This document shows positions 61,319 through 64,000 of a stretch of 64,000 bases of DNA, in pieces. The stretch lies in assembly GCF_009914755.1 (NCBI RefSeq), contig NC_060937.1; one strand, given 5' to 3'. Below the pieces are notes generated by a model that did not search any database, was not told the DNA's origin, and worked only from the letters and a program-made list of their open reading frames with translations. The DNA is from the human T2T-CHM13v2.0 reference genome, Homo sapiens. Position numbers and translations under genes: made by a program. The first letter of the stretch is position 1. Each line of letters opens with the position of its first letter.

Positions 61319-62180
61319 GCCTCCTAGACTTCAGACCTCTTTAACACAGTAGGGATTCCTTCTCTCTCATCTCAGTATCCAGCGTAAGGTATAGCATGTT
61401 AAAGATACTCAGTACTGGTAGAAGAAGCCCTGAGTAAATGAATGAGTGGAGTCCTTGATTAAGGCAGTGGTTACTTCCTTGGCGCCTGAAACAGGAAATG
61501 ACTCTAAGGTAAATAACCCTTTAAATAGTCTAAGTTAAATAATGCTACAGTCTGTAGCCATTACGGTCTCCTCAAAGATACATAAAGCAACGCTTTTTAC
61601 AAGGACTTTATAATATATTATGATCTCTCGACTAATATACTTTCAATCCAGCCTAGAATGTTGTATCATATGACAGTTATAAATGAATTGCTCTGGGAGC
61701 AATTTATAAAGAATGCTCTGGGAGCATTTATAAAGAAAGGATGGGCCACAGGTGACATGCTGAAGTGAAAAATGACATTCTTTTAGATATTGGACACTTA
61801 AGTGTTAAGTTTGTATCATATATTATTTCAATTTTAGAGCATAAAATGCTACCATCTGCACGAGTTGCACATAATTTGAGAGAAATTCAAATGTTGTCCT
61901 TAGAGAATCAAAGTTCATAAGATCAATGGTATTTTCGCATGTGAAGCCAACATTTCAAACACATTCTATTTTCCTTGGGTGTCAGTATCTAACAAAATGT
62001 CTACAGAAAAGCAGGATTTATGTTCTGTATTTAAGATCTGAATAAGTCTTGGGGTTCATTCTTTTGGCTAAGTTTCCCAGAAAAAGGAGAAATTAAATCA
62101 CCTGAGAATATTCTTCTTGGCAATGCCATGGGATCTTTTGGATCACCACAATGTGATAATCATCCTCAATGATAAAATAA

Positions 62181-62183
<3 letters not shown>

Positions 62184-62227
<44 letters not shown>
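62184..62227. repeat. (AC)22 microsatellite
   Basis: Uninterrupted ac repeat. Confidence 0.98.
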
Positions 62228-62229
<2 letters not shown>

Positions 62230-62421
62230 AAATGTGTACATATGAAAAATAACAAAGACACACAGAAAAATACACAGAAACTGAAGAATTTTCTTTCCTG
62301 ACACTCAGTTTCCATGGACTAATGGGGTGGTCACATTCTGGATTTGTCTGGATTTGTTTCACACTTTTTTTTCAATTCTAAAGAAAAACATTAAAAATTC
62401 TTATCAAATGAAAAATAATAG

Positions 62422-62541
62422 CTTAGGTGCAGTGTCTCATGCCTGTAATCTTGGCAGTTTGGAAGGCCAAGGGGCATGGTAACACTTGAGCCCGGGAGTT
62501 TGGGACCAGCCTGGTCAACATGGCGAACCTCTATCTCTACA

Positions 62542-62587
<46 letters not shown>

Positions 62588-62762
62588 GAAAGCTAGCCAG
62601 GCATGGTGGTGCATGCCTATAGTCCCAGCTACTCAGGAGGCTGAGATGGGAAAATCAGCTGAACCCGGGGTGATGGAGGCAGCAGTGAGCCATAATCATA
62701 CTGCACTCCATCCTAGGTAACAGAGTGAGACCCTGTCTCAAAAAAATAATAATAATAAAAAT
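62422..62762 (+). mobile_element. AluJ with (AAT)n microsatellite in the middle linker (62542-62586)
   Basis: cttgagcccgggagtttgggaccagcctgg...gagtgagaccctgtctc; flanking aaaataatag on both sides. Confidence 0.93.
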
Positions 62763-62826
62763 AAGAAAATAATAGATCTGCAGAAAGTAAAAAAGATTAG
62801 CCTATATGGATGATCCAGAAGTATGC

Positions 62827-62988
62827 TAAGAAAAATGTAATTCTAAGTACCAGAAAATAATTCTATAAAAAATATATATTAGTTCATAACCACAATATAT
62901 TTAAGAAAAATTTAAGGAAATTTAATTCTAAGTACCAGAAAAGAATTCTATAAATAATATATATTAGTTCTTAACCACAATATATTTT
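62827..62988. repeat. Tandem duplication, period 85 bp
   Basis: taattctaagtaccagaaaa.aattctataaa.aatatatattagttc.taaccacaatatattt at 62838 and 62923. Confidence 0.93.
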
Positions 62989-63332
62989 TTGATAAAATGT
63001 GGAAGAGCTAGCCTTTTCTGAAGGGAGATTTTCTAGGTTTCAGCTGATAAAATTTTAGGTACATGTGCTTTTTATGTTTGGCAAGTATTAAATTTAATCA
63101 TAGAGTTATTGTCCATAATTAGTATTTGTCTTCTCATACAGAATGACATCTAGTTTTTCCTTTACCTTAAAAATATTCATTGCATGTCTTCAAAATGAGC
63201 ATATGCAACATGTATGTATAATTAAGTATGCATGCATGAATATGCATATGCCCTGATGTACATCTAGATGTTTATAGAGAGACATAAACAATTTCCACCA
63301 GTCATAATCTGTATTTCCTTGAAAAACAACCT

Positions 63333-63378
63333 TATTTTTTTTTAACTTTTATTTTAAGTTCAGAGGTACATGTGCAGC
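63333..63378 (-). mobile_element. Tiny L1PA 3'-terminal fragment
   Basis: tttttttaacttttattttaagttcagaggtacatgtgcag. Confidence 0.7.
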
Positions 63379-63951
63379 CCATTAATGGTGACTGGAAATC
63401 CAAACTTCTTAGGTAACCACACCAGCAGTGGTTAAAGTAAAAGAAGACATTGTAACATTCATCTGCACAGCGTTGGAAAATGCAGAGAAACATATAGTGC
63501 TGTGAAAATGTTGTAAGAAAATGTCCTGTCCCTATTTTCAACTTCACATTGTTTCAGTGTAGGGTGAAATAAGATGTGGCCTTCTAAAAATTTTCTTCCC
63601 TTCTGTATTGAAAAAAAAATAATAACTTATTCCAGAATTTGTGATGTATCAGGACCCTTCTTTTTTCCCTAACTGATGGAATCTATTATTGTTCATTTCA
63701 ATAATAGTTTATAAAAATGCTCAGTATTTTAAATTTCACTTACCATAACACCAGGTCACAATATATACTTTAAAATGTTTTCACGGAAGGAACGATTACT
63801 ATTATGTGCTAAATCTAAGTGTGTAGAAATGTATGGAAGATGTGTGTGGAAAATTATGTAGAAAAAGTATATAAGTCCTCTTGAAACATATGATACTTAA
63901 GATAAATATTTTCTCACTAACTCATAAAGAACAAAAGCCATCCATATTATC

Positions 63952-64000
63952 TGCTACGGTCTGAATGTGGCCTCCGAAATTTATATGTTAAAACTTAATT
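63952..64000 (+). mobile_element. Start of an MST/MLT1A-type LTR (runs off the window)
   Basis: tgctacggtctgaatgtggcctcc.aaatttatatgttaaaacttaat. Confidence 0.7.

Noticed and set aside
62093-62200. Possible minus-strand mini-exon (DDYHIVVIQKIPWHCQEEYSQ) beside the CA repeat
   Set aside because: Weak acceptor (gag) and donor (gtgatt); peptide not recognised.

Overview
AT-rich, repeat-dense hominoid (human or great-ape) genomic DNA, intergenic or deep intronic. I recognise no host protein-coding exon, RNA gene or CRISPR array; nearly all ORFs in the track are translations of Alu, L1, MaLR/ERVL, Tigger1 or simple repeats. Main contents: one full-length but mutationally dead L1PA2/PA3 (28573-34669), a 5'-truncated L1PA3, an internally deleted older L1PA, two complete THE1 proviruses, a full-length Tigger1, an ERVL gag remnant, several solo LTRs (MLT2A1, THE1A, MSTB, MLT1), about 15 Alus, and MIR/L2/MER fragments. 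Subfamily calls are from remembered consensus features, not a database search. I do not see a new biological system. The observations most worth following up are structural: (i) an unannotated gapless 143-bp-arm inverted repeat at 51347-51701; (ii) several locally templated or fold-back insertions resembling template-switch or Pol-theta repair scars (5.3, 10.5, 46.9, 58.1 kb); (iii) a short Alu-like 3' transduction on the full-length L1; (iv) private variants shared by two L1s 15 kb apart, suggesting gene conversion.
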